NCBI GenBank assembly: GCA_036845085.1
Contig: DAIUEN010000007.1
Span: forward strand, 1-20,386
Length of the DNA: 20,386 nucleotides
Direction of reading: 5' to 3'
DNA from: Candidatus Nanopusillus sp.
Lineage (GTDB): Archaea; Nanobdellota; Nanobdellia; Nanobdellales; Nanobdellaceae
Shown here: positions 5,438-13,313 of the stretch, one piece after another
How the letters are laid out: each line of letters begins with the position of its first letter
How positions within the stretch are numbered: the first letter of the stretch is position 1
Made by a program: the position numbers and the translations under genes
Notes under the pieces: model-generated
Database searches by the model: none
What the model was told of the DNA's origin: nothing
Seen by the model: only the letters and a program-made list of their open reading frames with translations

Positions 5438-6699
5438 AATTCCTCTAAAAGAGATTTATTTTTTATTTCTCCAGCCATATTAGTTAAAAACATTTTTCTA
5501 ACTTCTTCATAGTTTTCTGTATGACCCAACACATACATTAATTTTACATATGCAGTTTCCGGCGTCATATCTTCAGCATATATAACTCCAAGATCATATA
5601 AAAGCCTAGCATTTGAATATACAAAAGGATTAGTTCTTCCAAATATAGTTTGAGATGTCATAACAAAAATTATTCCGTTTTCTATTCCGTATTTTATTTT
5701 ATCTATCCAGGAATATTCTTTATTTAGTGTTTGTGTAGGTACATGACCAAATCCTGTTCCTTCAAGTACAATTCCTTTGTAATTTTTGGATACATAATAA
5801 TCTATTATATTAGGATCGCTATTTGGGTATATTTTAATTAAAGCAACTTTTTTACATATTTTATTATCTAGTATTGGTTCGGAATTATTTCTTTTTCTGT
5901 ATTCTTTATTTATAATTTCAATTGATTTTTTTAGTGGGTATATCTTTGCTAGAGGCAAATCGTTTATTGGTTTGAAGGCATCTCTTCTTTCTGTATGCAT
6001 TTTCCTTACTTTAGTACCTCTTATAGCATAACAAAATTCATCATTTGTAGAACCATGCATTATCACAGAGACTTCTGCAATTTCGGAATTTGCATATATA
6101 GCTGAAGAAAGTAAGTTTGTAAAAGCATCAGAAGATGGTCTATCTGAAGATCTTTGCGATCCCGTAAAACCTATTGGTTTATTTAGGTTTTTTATCATAA
6201 AAGATAGAGCCGCAGAAGTGTAATGCATAGTATCTGTTCCATGCAAAATAACTATTCCGTTTATATCATCTTTCAATAATCTATATGCAATCTCAGAAAT
6301 TTTAATCCATTCATCAGCGGTAATATCTTCAGATGCTATAGAAAAGGGTTTTTCTATTGATTTTATTTCAGTATATTCAAATAGTTCAGGTATTAGATAT
6401 AATAACTCATTTGGTTTTGTTAACATATGCACACCGCCCGTTTTATAATCTATTTTTGATAGTATTGTACCACCAGTAGCTATTATAGAAATTTTGTTAT
6501 ATTTTTTGTTATCAATTTTTATTTCTTCTTCTTTTTTTATTTCTTCTTTTTCATCAAAATATTCTATATTTAATATTTTATCTCTTTTTATTCCTATGTT
6601 ATAGCCATTTCTTAATTTTATTATAATAAAATCTTCCTTTTCATTGACTATAATTCCTTCAAAAATTTTTTCTTTAGTAATTACTTTTGCATATTTCAT
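5434..6699 (-). CDS. gatD: Glu-tRNA(Gln) amidotransferase subunit D (asparaginase-like)
   Basis: 421 aa. It has the archaeal GatD N-terminal domain followed by asparaginase motifs IIATGGTILSK and HGTDTMHYT. The stop shares the sequence TTAG with the convergent tRNA-binding protein gene. Confidence 0.85.
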   Translation of the reverse strand: MKYAKVITKEKIFEGIIVNEKEDFIIIKLRNGYNIGIKRDKILNIEYFDEKEEIKKEEEIKIDNKKYNKISIIATGGTILSKIDYKTGGVHMLTKPNELLYLIPELFEYTEIKSIEKPFSIASEDITADEWIKISEIAYRLLKDDINGIVILHGTDTMHYTSAALSFMIKNLNKPIGFTGSQRSSDRPSSDAFTNLLSSAIYANSEIAEVSVIMHGSTNDEFCYAIRGTKVRKMHTERRDAFKPINDLPLAKIYPLKKSIEIINKEYRKRNNSEPILDNKICKKVALIKIYPNSDPNIIDYYVSKNYKGIVLEGTGFGHVPTQTLNKEYSWIDKIKYGIENGIIFVMTSQTIFGRTNPFVYSNARLLYDLGVIYAEDMTPETAYVKLMYVLGHTENYEEVRKMFLTNMAGEIKNKSLLEEF

Positions 6700-6723
6700 A
6701 AGTTGATATTATAATAAAAAGAT

Positions 6724-7041
6724 TTATTTAATATTACTTTCGTTTATCACAAAAACGAATTTTTCTGAGTTATAATTACATAATATTGATGTTCCATTAT
6801 AAACACAATTTAAGTCTATACTTTTTATTTTTTTATGGTAACAATCAGAAAAGTTAAATACTTCTGTTGGATTTGTAAAAGCAAAATGCATCATCTCATT
6901 TGAACAATCAGCATAAGCTAAAACTCCTTTATTTATATTTTTTATTTCTTCTACTAGCTGGTATTGTGTAACAAATATTAGGGAAATTATCATTAATATA
7001 GGTACTAACACAATTGTAGTAGCATATATCTCCGACTTCAT
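6724..7041 (-). CDS. hypothetical small membrane-anchored/secreted protein with 4 Cys
   Basis: 105 aa. It has an N-terminal hydrophobic helix (TTIVLVPILMIISLIFV) and then a soluble part with 4 cysteines. TTTTATAAAA lies about 25 nt upstream of the ATG, a leaderless-type spacing. No recognisable family. Confidence 0.5.
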   Translation of the reverse strand: MKSEIYATTIVLVPILMIISLIFVTQYQLVEEIKNINKGVLAYADCSNEMMHFAFTNPTEVFNFSDCYHKKIKSIDLNCVYNGTSILCNYNSEKFVFVINESNIK

Positions 7042-7259
7042 AATGAATAATTAATAAGAAAATTTTATAAAATCTTTCTTTAACACTTGGTTAACTGTAT
7101 TTAACATCTCGTCAAAAATATTATTATTACCCTTTATTTCATTTCTAATTGTCTATCTAGTTTTATATGCAACTATATGAACTGATTTAGGCACCTTCTA
7201 TTATATTATTCTTAATCATAATTCTAAAACTTATAAATGATAATAATGGTATAAGAATT

Positions 7260-8354
7260 ATGGCATTCGAGTATGATACAAAGAAAGATGTTGGTGAAGA
7301 AATTATTGGCGTAGCGCCAGGAGAAGAGTTTAAATTAATGCCTACAATAAAGATTGTTGGTGTTGGTGGAGCTGGAAGCAACATGGCAGATTGGTTATAT
7401 AGGATGAATATACAAAATGCTGAAATAATAGCCGCAAATACAGATTATGCTCATTTAAGATTAGTTAAAGCTCATAAAAAAGTACTTTTAGGAAAAGATG
7501 TAACAAGAGGTCTTGGTGCCGGTGGATTGCCAGAGGTTGGAAGAAGTGCTACAGAATCTTCACAGGGTGATTTAAGAAAAATATTAGAAGGCGCAGATAT
7601 GGTTTGGATACTAGGAGGACTTGGTGGCGGAACTGGTACTGGTGGGATGCCTGTTGTAGCTAAGATTGCAAAAGAAGCTGGTGTACCTTTGGTTGTAGCA
7701 GTTGCAACGTTGCCATTAGTATCCGAAGGTTTGGTAAGGAGAGAAAAGGCAGAAATAGGTCTAAGAGAACTAAGAAAATATGCTGATAATGTTATATTGA
7801 TAGACAATAACAAAATTTTGGCATATGCTGGAAATTTACCACTTCAACAAGCTTTTGGATATGCTAACAACATAATAGGTCACATGGTAAAAGGAATAGT
7901 AGAAGCACTACAACCATCATTTATAAACTTAGATTTCGCAGATGTAAAGACAGTATTGGGACAAAAAGGTGGTGCATCGATTGTTGGAATTGGCGTTTCT
8001 GATGCTAGTGAAAATAGAGCAAAAGAAGCAGCTAAGAGAGCATTAGAATTACCTTTATTAGATGTAGAATATCAGGGAGCATCTGGTGCTTTAGTACATG
8101 TAGAAGGAGGACCAGATTTAACATTATCTGAAGTAAATGAAGTAGCTTCATATATACAACAGCATATGGGGCAAGATGCATTAACAATAATAGGTGCAAG
8201 ACAGAATGAAAATATGAAGGGTAAAGTTAGAGTAACTGTAATAATATCGGGAGTGAAGAGTCCTTACATATTGTCTAAATGGAAAGAAGAATGGGAAAAT
8301 CCACAATTATTGGCTAAAAGAAGCGTAGATTTAGGAATAGATATATTATCATAA
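7260..8354 (+). CDS. ftsZ: cell division protein FtsZ
   Basis: 364 aa. GVGGAGSN, the tubulin signature GGLGGGTGTGG, and the T7-loop NLDFADV are present. Local GC is well above the window average. Confidence 0.9.
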   Translation: MAFEYDTKKDVGEEIIGVAPGEEFKLMPTIKIVGVGGAGSNMADWLYRMNIQNAEIIAANTDYAHLRLVKAHKKVLLGKDVTRGLGAGGLPEVGRSATESSQGDLRKILEGADMVWILGGLGGGTGTGGMPVVAKIAKEAGVPLVVAVATLPLVSEGLVRREKAEIGLRELRKYADNVILIDNNKILAYAGNLPLQQAFGYANNIIGHMVKGIVEALQPSFINLDFADVKTVLGQKGGASIVGIGVSDASENRAKEAAKRALELPLLDVEYQGASGALVHVEGGPDLTLSEVNEVASYIQQHMGQDALTIIGARQNENMKGKVRVTVIISGVKSPYILSKWKEEWENPQLLAKRSVDLGIDILS

Positions 8355-8391
8355 CTATTAATCTTTTAATATTTTTTTATAAAAATATTTT

Positions 8392-10086
8392 ATGTATTTT
8401 GAATTATTAGCTCAATACTTCAAAAAATTAGAATCTGTATCTGAAAAATCTGCAAAAATTAGTATTTTGTCAAGCTTGATATCAAAAATTCCAAATGAAT
8501 CTTTAAAAGAAGCTATGATGATCATACAAGGAACAGTATTTTATCCATGGGAAGAGAAAAAAATAGGAATTGCCGAAAAATTAGCTATAAGAGCAATATC
8601 TATTGCTACTGGATATGATAAATCTTACGTGGAAAATTTATTTATAAAATTGGGAGATTTAGGATTAGTAGCTGAGAAATTAGTATCAGAAAAGAAACAA
8701 AAATCTATTTTTACTAAAAAACTTACTATAAAAGAAGTATATGAAACTTTTAGAACTATTGGATCATTGGAAGGTGAAGGAGCTCAAGATAAAAAAGTTA
8801 GATATTTATCTAATTTACTTATTTTGTCATCTCCAATAGAATCTAGATACATCGTTAGATTAGCTCTAGAAGATCTAAAAATAGGTGTTGGAGAAGGTAT
8901 TATTATTGAAGCTATTGCTTATCTTTTTGGTTTACCATCTGAAAAAGTTGAGATTTCATATTCTATTTTGAATGATTTTGGAGAGTTAGTTAGAAAAATC
9001 AGGGAACACGGGAAAAATATAGTTTTTGAAATAAAACCAACAATATTTAGACCAATTAAAGTAATGTTGGCTGTAAAGGCAGAAAGTGTTAGAGAAGCAT
9101 TTGATATAGTGGGAAGACCAGCTCAAATAGAATATAAGTATGATGGATTTAGAGTTCAGATACATAAGTCGAAAAATAAAGTAATGCTTTTAACTAGGAG
9201 AATGGAGGACGTTACTAAGCAATTTCCAGATATAATTTCATATTTGGATGAGTGTTTAGCTTCAGATAGAGATCTTATTGTTGAGGGGGAAATTGTAGGA
9301 TATGACATGAATGAAGATAAGTATTTACCATTTCAGAAAATATCACAAAGAATAAAAAGAAAATATGATATCGAGAAAATGGTAAAAGAAATACCTGTAG
9401 AAGTTCGATTATTTGATATAATATATTTCGATGGGAATTCTTTATTAGATACACCATTTAAAGAAAGAAGGAAGATACTAGAAAATATTGTTATTCCAAA
9501 AAAAGGAAAAATTTCTCTGTCAGAGAGTATAATAACTTATTCTGATGAAGAAGCCCAAAAATTTTTTGAAGAAGCCGTTAAAAAAGGATTAGAAGGAATT
9601 ATGTTTAAAAAATTAGATGCCCCCTATCATCCTGGAAGAAGAGTAGGATATATGGTAAAATTAAAACCTATAAAAGAAACTTTAGATGTAGTTATTGTTG
9701 GGGCGGAATGGGGTGAAGGAAAAAGAAGTGGATGGCTAACTTCTTTTGTTGTTGCTGTAAGAGATCCAGATACTAATAAATTTTTAGAAGTGGGTGAGGT
9801 AGGAAGTGGTTTTAAAGAAAAGAAAGAAAGTCCAGAAGATGTTACTTTTGAAGAAATGACTAATATGCTAAAGGATTTAATTGAATATCAGGAAGGAAAA
9901 TACGTAAAACTTAAACCGTCAATTGTTATTGAGGTTCTATACGACGAAATACAAAAGAGTCCTAAATATTCATCTGGATTTGCTTTAAGATTTCCAAGAT
10001 TTGTAAGATTAAGACCTGATAAATCTCTAGAAGATGTAGATACTATAGATAAATTGATAAACTTATATGAAAATCAAAAAGGATAG
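8392..10086 (+). CDS. lig: ATP-dependent DNA ligase
   Basis: 564 aa. Motif I is EYKYDGFRVQIH (adenylation Lys). EGIMFK, the KLK motif, and the C-terminal OB-fold motif LRFPRFVRLRPDK are also present. Confidence 0.9.
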   Translation: MYFELLAQYFKKLESVSEKSAKISILSSLISKIPNESLKEAMMIIQGTVFYPWEEKKIGIAEKLAIRAISIATGYDKSYVENLFIKLGDLGLVAEKLVSEKKQKSIFTKKLTIKEVYETFRTIGSLEGEGAQDKKVRYLSNLLILSSPIESRYIVRLALEDLKIGVGEGIIIEAIAYLFGLPSEKVEISYSILNDFGELVRKIREHGKNIVFEIKPTIFRPIKVMLAVKAESVREAFDIVGRPAQIEYKYDGFRVQIHKSKNKVMLLTRRMEDVTKQFPDIISYLDECLASDRDLIVEGEIVGYDMNEDKYLPFQKISQRIKRKYDIEKMVKEIPVEVRLFDIIYFDGNSLLDTPFKERRKILENIVIPKKGKISLSESIITYSDEEAQKFFEEAVKKGLEGIMFKKLDAPYHPGRRVGYMVKLKPIKETLDVVIVGAEWGEGKRSGWLTSFVVAVRDPDTNKFLEVGEVGSGFKEKKESPEDVTFEEMTNMLKDLIEYQEGKYVKLKPSIVIEVLYDEIQKSPKYSSGFALRFPRFVRLRPDKSLEDVDTIDKLINLYENQKG

Positions 10087-10125
10087 TAATACATTTTTAA
10101 ATATTTTTTCACAAATATCAATAAT

Positions 10126-10956
10126 ATGGTTGTTAACGAAGAGTTAGTAAATAAAGTAAAAGCAATTTTTGGTTTGAATACTTATGAAGCTCGTATCTGG
10201 GTTGCATTATTAATGAAAGGTGTTGCTACTGCTGGAGAGTTAGCTGATTTGGCGGATATACCTAGATCTAGAGCATATGATGTTCTAGAATCTTTAGAAA
10301 AGAAAGGATTTGTTGTTATGAAATTGGGAAAACCAATAAAATATATGGCGATACCTCCAAGCGAAGTTGTAGAGAGAGTAAAGAAGAGGTATGAAGAAAC
10401 TATTCAAAGAAAAATGAAAGAAATGGAAAGTCTAAAGTCCTCAGAATTATTGCAAGAGCTAGAAAAATTACAAAAGTCAGGTTCTGCTAATATAGATCTA
10501 TCTGAAAAATCTGGTGCTTTTAAAGGTCAACAAAACATAATTAGTCATTTAGAAACAATGCTTAAAGAAGCTGATAAAAACGTATATATGTTACTTACAG
10601 AGTCTTTCTTTGCAAAGATGGCTATGGTATTAAAACCGATATTTTATGAGTTAAAGTCTAGAGGAGTTTCTGTAAAAGTAATAGCACCAATAAATGAGGT
10701 TACTGCAAAATACGTAGAAGATATAATGGAATATGCCGAAATATACGATTCAGGAGAACTTAGAGGAAGAATCATTACAATTGATGAAGAAGAGGTAATG
10801 ATAATGATATTTGATGAAAAAGAAGTACCTTCTGCAATAGATGTTGGTATTTGGGTGTATGCACCAGCATTAGCAAAATCTTTGAATCAATTATTAGAAA
10901 TATCAATACAAAAATTAAAACCAGCTTCTCAAGCTTTAAAGGAGCTAGGTCTATAA
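10126..10956 (+). CDS. TrmB-family transcriptional regulator
   Basis: 276 aa. The N-terminal winged HTH LNTYEARIWVALLMKGVATAGELADLADIPRSRAYDVLESLEKKGFV is typical of TrmB. A coiled linker and a C-terminal effector-type domain follow. Confidence 0.8.
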   Translation: MVVNEELVNKVKAIFGLNTYEARIWVALLMKGVATAGELADLADIPRSRAYDVLESLEKKGFVVMKLGKPIKYMAIPPSEVVERVKKRYEETIQRKMKEMESLKSSELLQELEKLQKSGSANIDLSEKSGAFKGQQNIISHLETMLKEADKNVYMLLTESFFAKMAMVLKPIFYELKSRGVSVKVIAPINEVTAKYVEDIMEYAEIYDSGELRGRIITIDEEEVMIMIFDEKEVPSAIDVGIWVYAPALAKSLNQLLEISIQKLKPASQALKELGL

Positions 10957-11553
10957 TTTTTTAATTTCTTTAAAATATTCAATAATTTTATTTAATTGAT
11001 TTAGGAGTGGGTAAAAGTCTGGTTTGTATTTTTTATTTCCATATCTTTCAAAGCTTATTATTTCTGATAAAGGTTTACTTTCTTTATTTTTTGGATTCTC
11101 ATTAGGTACACCTATTGTTATTATAGCATGAACGCTAATATTTTTTGGTATAGAAAGTATATTTTTTACCTTATTTTCATCGTAATATCCTATCCAACAT
11201 CCTCCCAGATTTTTATTAACTAAACATAATAAAATGTTTTCTATAAAAGCTCCGGATTGTTGAAGGGCATATTTTTTTCCTTCATTTCCAAATAAGGAAA
11301 CTAATTTTTCATCATCAGAACATATAACTAATAGAGCACTTGCTTTTTTTATAAAATCTTGTTGAGAAATTTCGGATATCTTTGCTATTGTTTCTTTGTT
11401 TTTTACAATTATTATATGATGATGATCTATTCCACCAGCTTTTGGAAAATTGTAACTGCATTCAATTATATTTAGTATCTCTTCGTAGGTTATATCTTCT
11501 TCTTTATAATCCCTAATGCTTCTTCTATTTTTAATTGCATCTTCAACATCCAT
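10951..11553 (-). CDS. nitroreductase-family flavoprotein
   Basis: 200 aa. AIKNRRSIRDYKEEDITYEEILNIIE at the N-terminus, LGGCWIGYY and ITIGVP match the nitroreductase fold pattern. The stop overlaps the TrmB-family gene stop (CTATAA). Confidence 0.7.
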   Translation of the reverse strand: MDVEDAIKNRRSIRDYKEEDITYEEILNIIECSYNFPKAGGIDHHHIIIVKNKETIAKISEISQQDFIKKASALLVICSDDEKLVSLFGNEGKKYALQQSGAFIENILLCLVNKNLGGCWIGYYDENKVKNILSIPKNISVHAIITIGVPNENPKNKESKPLSEIISFERYGNKKYKPDFYPLLNQLNKIIEYFKEIKKL

Positions 11554-11927
11554 TATATTAAATATATACTTAAGATAATATTAATGATGCTAATAGTGTA
11601 AATTATAAATAATTCATTGTAATTAGTGTTGTTATTGTTTATCCATATAATCACTAATAATACATATATAATCAAAGAAAACAATATTGTATACTTTATG
11701 AATTTTTTATTTTTTTTTATGTTTTCAACCAAATTTATAATTATAAAAGAAAATATAATCGGTAATCCTATTAAAGGAATTATTATAGAAGCTAATAGAT
11801 TATTTAAGACTAAAACGTATTGTATATATTTACTATATAAATCTATTTCATCTTCAATTCTTTTTTTTGCTATATACGATAATATAAATATCAATGCTAT
11901 AGCCGACAATATCTCTAAATTGTTCAT
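11553..11927 (-). CDS. hypothetical integral membrane protein
   Basis: Three to four hydrophobic helices, very AT-rich. The track start at 11984 is a TTG that overlaps the divergent gene, so ATG at 11927 (MNNLEILSAIALIF...) is preferred. The stop overlaps the nitroreductase ATG (TAATG on the minus strand). Confidence 0.5.
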   Translation of the reverse strand: MNNLEILSAIALIFILSYIAKKRIEDEIDLYSKYIQYVLVLNNLLASIIIPLIGLPIIFSFIIINLVENIKKNKKFIKYTILFSLIIYVLLVIIWINNNNTNYNELFIIYTISIINIILSIYLI

Positions 11928-11954
11928 AAATTTTTTACTTTTAAGAATATTTTT

Positions 11955-12833
11955 ATGAATGTATATAAATTGTATACTAAGCAATTTATGCCGGAAGTTT
12001 CTATAAGAGAAATAAAGGATATACTAAAGAAGGATATAGATTATGAAATTAAAGAATATAAAAATTTTTATTTGATTAATCTTAAAAATATAGATTGGAA
12101 AGAATATTTAAGGATTTTGTACTATACAAAAACAATAAATTATGCTTATTATAGAAACAAAAAAATAACTTACTCTAAAAGGACATATTTAGTTAAAAAT
12201 AAAATTACTGTTGATCCAACTTTAATATCAAAAATATTATATTATTCCAATCTCAGTAAAGAAGATATCATACTGAACATAAATGATAAATATGGTATAA
12301 TTTCTATAGAACAGAGTTTAATACTTAAAAATTTTCCAATATTATTTTGGGGGGAAGAACAAATATTTGAAAAAGAAGATTATTCTATAATACAAGAATT
12401 TGAAAAAGAATTAACTCAAAAATTAAAATCTAATATTTATTTAGTTGATAAAGATAATAGAACTTTATCTATAACTAAAAAGAATTTGGAAAAAGCCTTA
12501 GTAAAAGATGTAGTATATTTAAGAAAAATAGATTACGAATGGTTAGACATAAAATTTAAAAACAAAAAATTTGATAAAATATTTTTCTATTATAAAAAAA
12601 GCAAGAAAATTATGTCTATATATGAAAAATATGTGTTTTTTCATTCTGATATTTTATTGAAAGACAGAGGAAAGTTATATATTATATTAAAATTAAAAAA
12701 TATGGATACATTAAACGATATAATATCAAACTATATTAATTATTCAAAAAAATATTCTATAAAATTTATGGAAAAATACAATTTTCAAGATAAAAATTAT
12801 TTATTAGCTTTTATAGTATTTGCAAAAATTTAA
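11955..12833 (+). CDS. UPF0020/Trm-G10-like RNA methyltransferase homolog with degenerate SAM-binding and catalytic motifs (likely inactive)
   Basis: 292 aa. Its block order parallels archaeal N2-guanine tRNA methyltransferases. R.Y....L.P.LA is retained as RTYLVKNKITVDPTLISKIL. The motif I position DPxCGSGT reads NINDKYGI, and the motif IV position N(P/L)PYG reads FYYKK. The Dxd...Na..agv block is retained as VDKDNRTLSITKKNLEKALV. Comparison is from memory of the family. Confidence 0.45.
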   Translation: MNVYKLYTKQFMPEVSIREIKDILKKDIDYEIKEYKNFYLINLKNIDWKEYLRILYYTKTINYAYYRNKKITYSKRTYLVKNKITVDPTLISKILYYSNLSKEDIILNINDKYGIISIEQSLILKNFPILFWGEEQIFEKEDYSIIQEFEKELTQKLKSNIYLVDKDNRTLSITKKNLEKALVKDVVYLRKIDYEWLDIKFKNKKFDKIFFYYKKSKKIMSIYEKYVFFHSDILLKDRGKLYIILKLKNMDTLNDIISNYINYSKKYSIKFMEKYNFQDKNYLLAFIVFAKI

Positions 12834-12859
12834 AAATATATTTTAAAAATTCTAAAATA

Positions 12860-13033
12860 ATGGATATTGAAGAAATTGTAAAGACAAATAGTACTAAACA
12901 GTTGAGCGTAAATGATATAGTAGTAAGGTTTACCTGTCCAAACTGTGGAGAAGGAATTATAATAAGATCTAATAAAGAAAAAAAATTAGGGCTTAAATGG
13001 AAATGTAATATTTGTGGATTTGAAGGTCCATAA
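12860..13033 (+). CDS. small Zn-ribbon protein (COG2888-like; conserved neighbour of aEF-1beta)
   Basis: Absent from the ORF track (57 aa): MDIEEIVKTNSTKQLSVNDIVVRFTCPNCGEGIIIRSNKEKKLGLKWKCNICGFEGP. It has two CxxC pairs and a C-terminal CGFEGP. It lies immediately upstream of aEF-1beta, as in many archaea. Confidence 0.55.
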   Translation: MDIEEIVKTNSTKQLSVNDIVVRFTCPNCGEGIIIRSNKEKKLGLKWKCNICGFEGP

Positions 13034-13037
13034 TAAA

Positions 13038-13313
13038 ATGGGTAGAAATGTTATTATTACTTTAAGGGTATCTCCAGAGGATGTAGATATAGATTTAGAT
13101 AAAATATTACCAGATGTAGTAAAAATAATCGAAGAATTTGGTGGAACTATTGTGTCTGCAACGAAAGAAGATTTTGTGTTTGGACTAAAAATATTAAATA
13201 TAAAATTTTTGTATCCAGATCAAGAATTCTACGAAGAAGAATTAATATCTAAGATAGCTTCGATAAAAGGTATATCAAATGCAGAAGTAGTTTCCGTATC
13301 CTTAGCTCAGTAA
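13038..13313 (+). CDS. ef1b: translation elongation factor aEF-1 beta
   Basis: 91 aa from ATG 13038. The track's GTG at 13014 overlaps the Zn-ribbon gene. MGRNVIITLRVSPEDVDIDLDKI... and the size fit archaeal EF-1beta. The stop overlaps the next gene's ATG (TAATG, 13311-13315). Confidence 0.8.
   Translation: MGRNVIITLRVSPEDVDIDLDKILPDVVKIIEEFGGTIVSATKEDFVFGLKILNIKFLYPDQEFYEEELISKIASIKGISNAEVVSVSLAQ

Noticed and set aside
6724-7041. Reading the 105-aa protein (MKSEIYATTIVLV...) or the protein at 1-455 (MVKAVIKEVEGILALVIF...) as type IV pilin-like proteins with class III signal peptides.
   Set aside because: Neither has the usual [KR]-[GA] cleavage context before the hydrophobic stretch. The N-termini fit simple membrane anchors equally well. 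It is mentioned only as context for the T2SS-F-like gene.
7187-7813. Minus-strand ORFs 7187..7384 and 7472..7813.
   Set aside because: Both are antisense to ftsZ. Their Pro/Ser/Thr-rich translations mirror the Gly-rich FtsZ codons, so these are shadow ORFs.
9275-9457. A 60-aa minus-strand ORF inside the DNA ligase gene.
   Set aside because: It is an antisense shadow with no independent support.
11626-11958. A 110-aa plus-strand ORF.
   Set aside because: It is antisense to the membrane protein gene at 11553..11927. Both are AT-rich, but the minus-strand product has clean TM helix periodicity and its stop overlaps the nitroreductase start, so I keep the minus-strand gene. Confidence is only moderate.
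13014-13037. A GTG start for ef1b at 13014 (the MDLKVHNK extension).
   Set aside because: It overlaps the last codons of the upstream Zn-ribbon gene. ATG 13038 (MGRNVII...) gives the normal aEF-1beta N-terminus.
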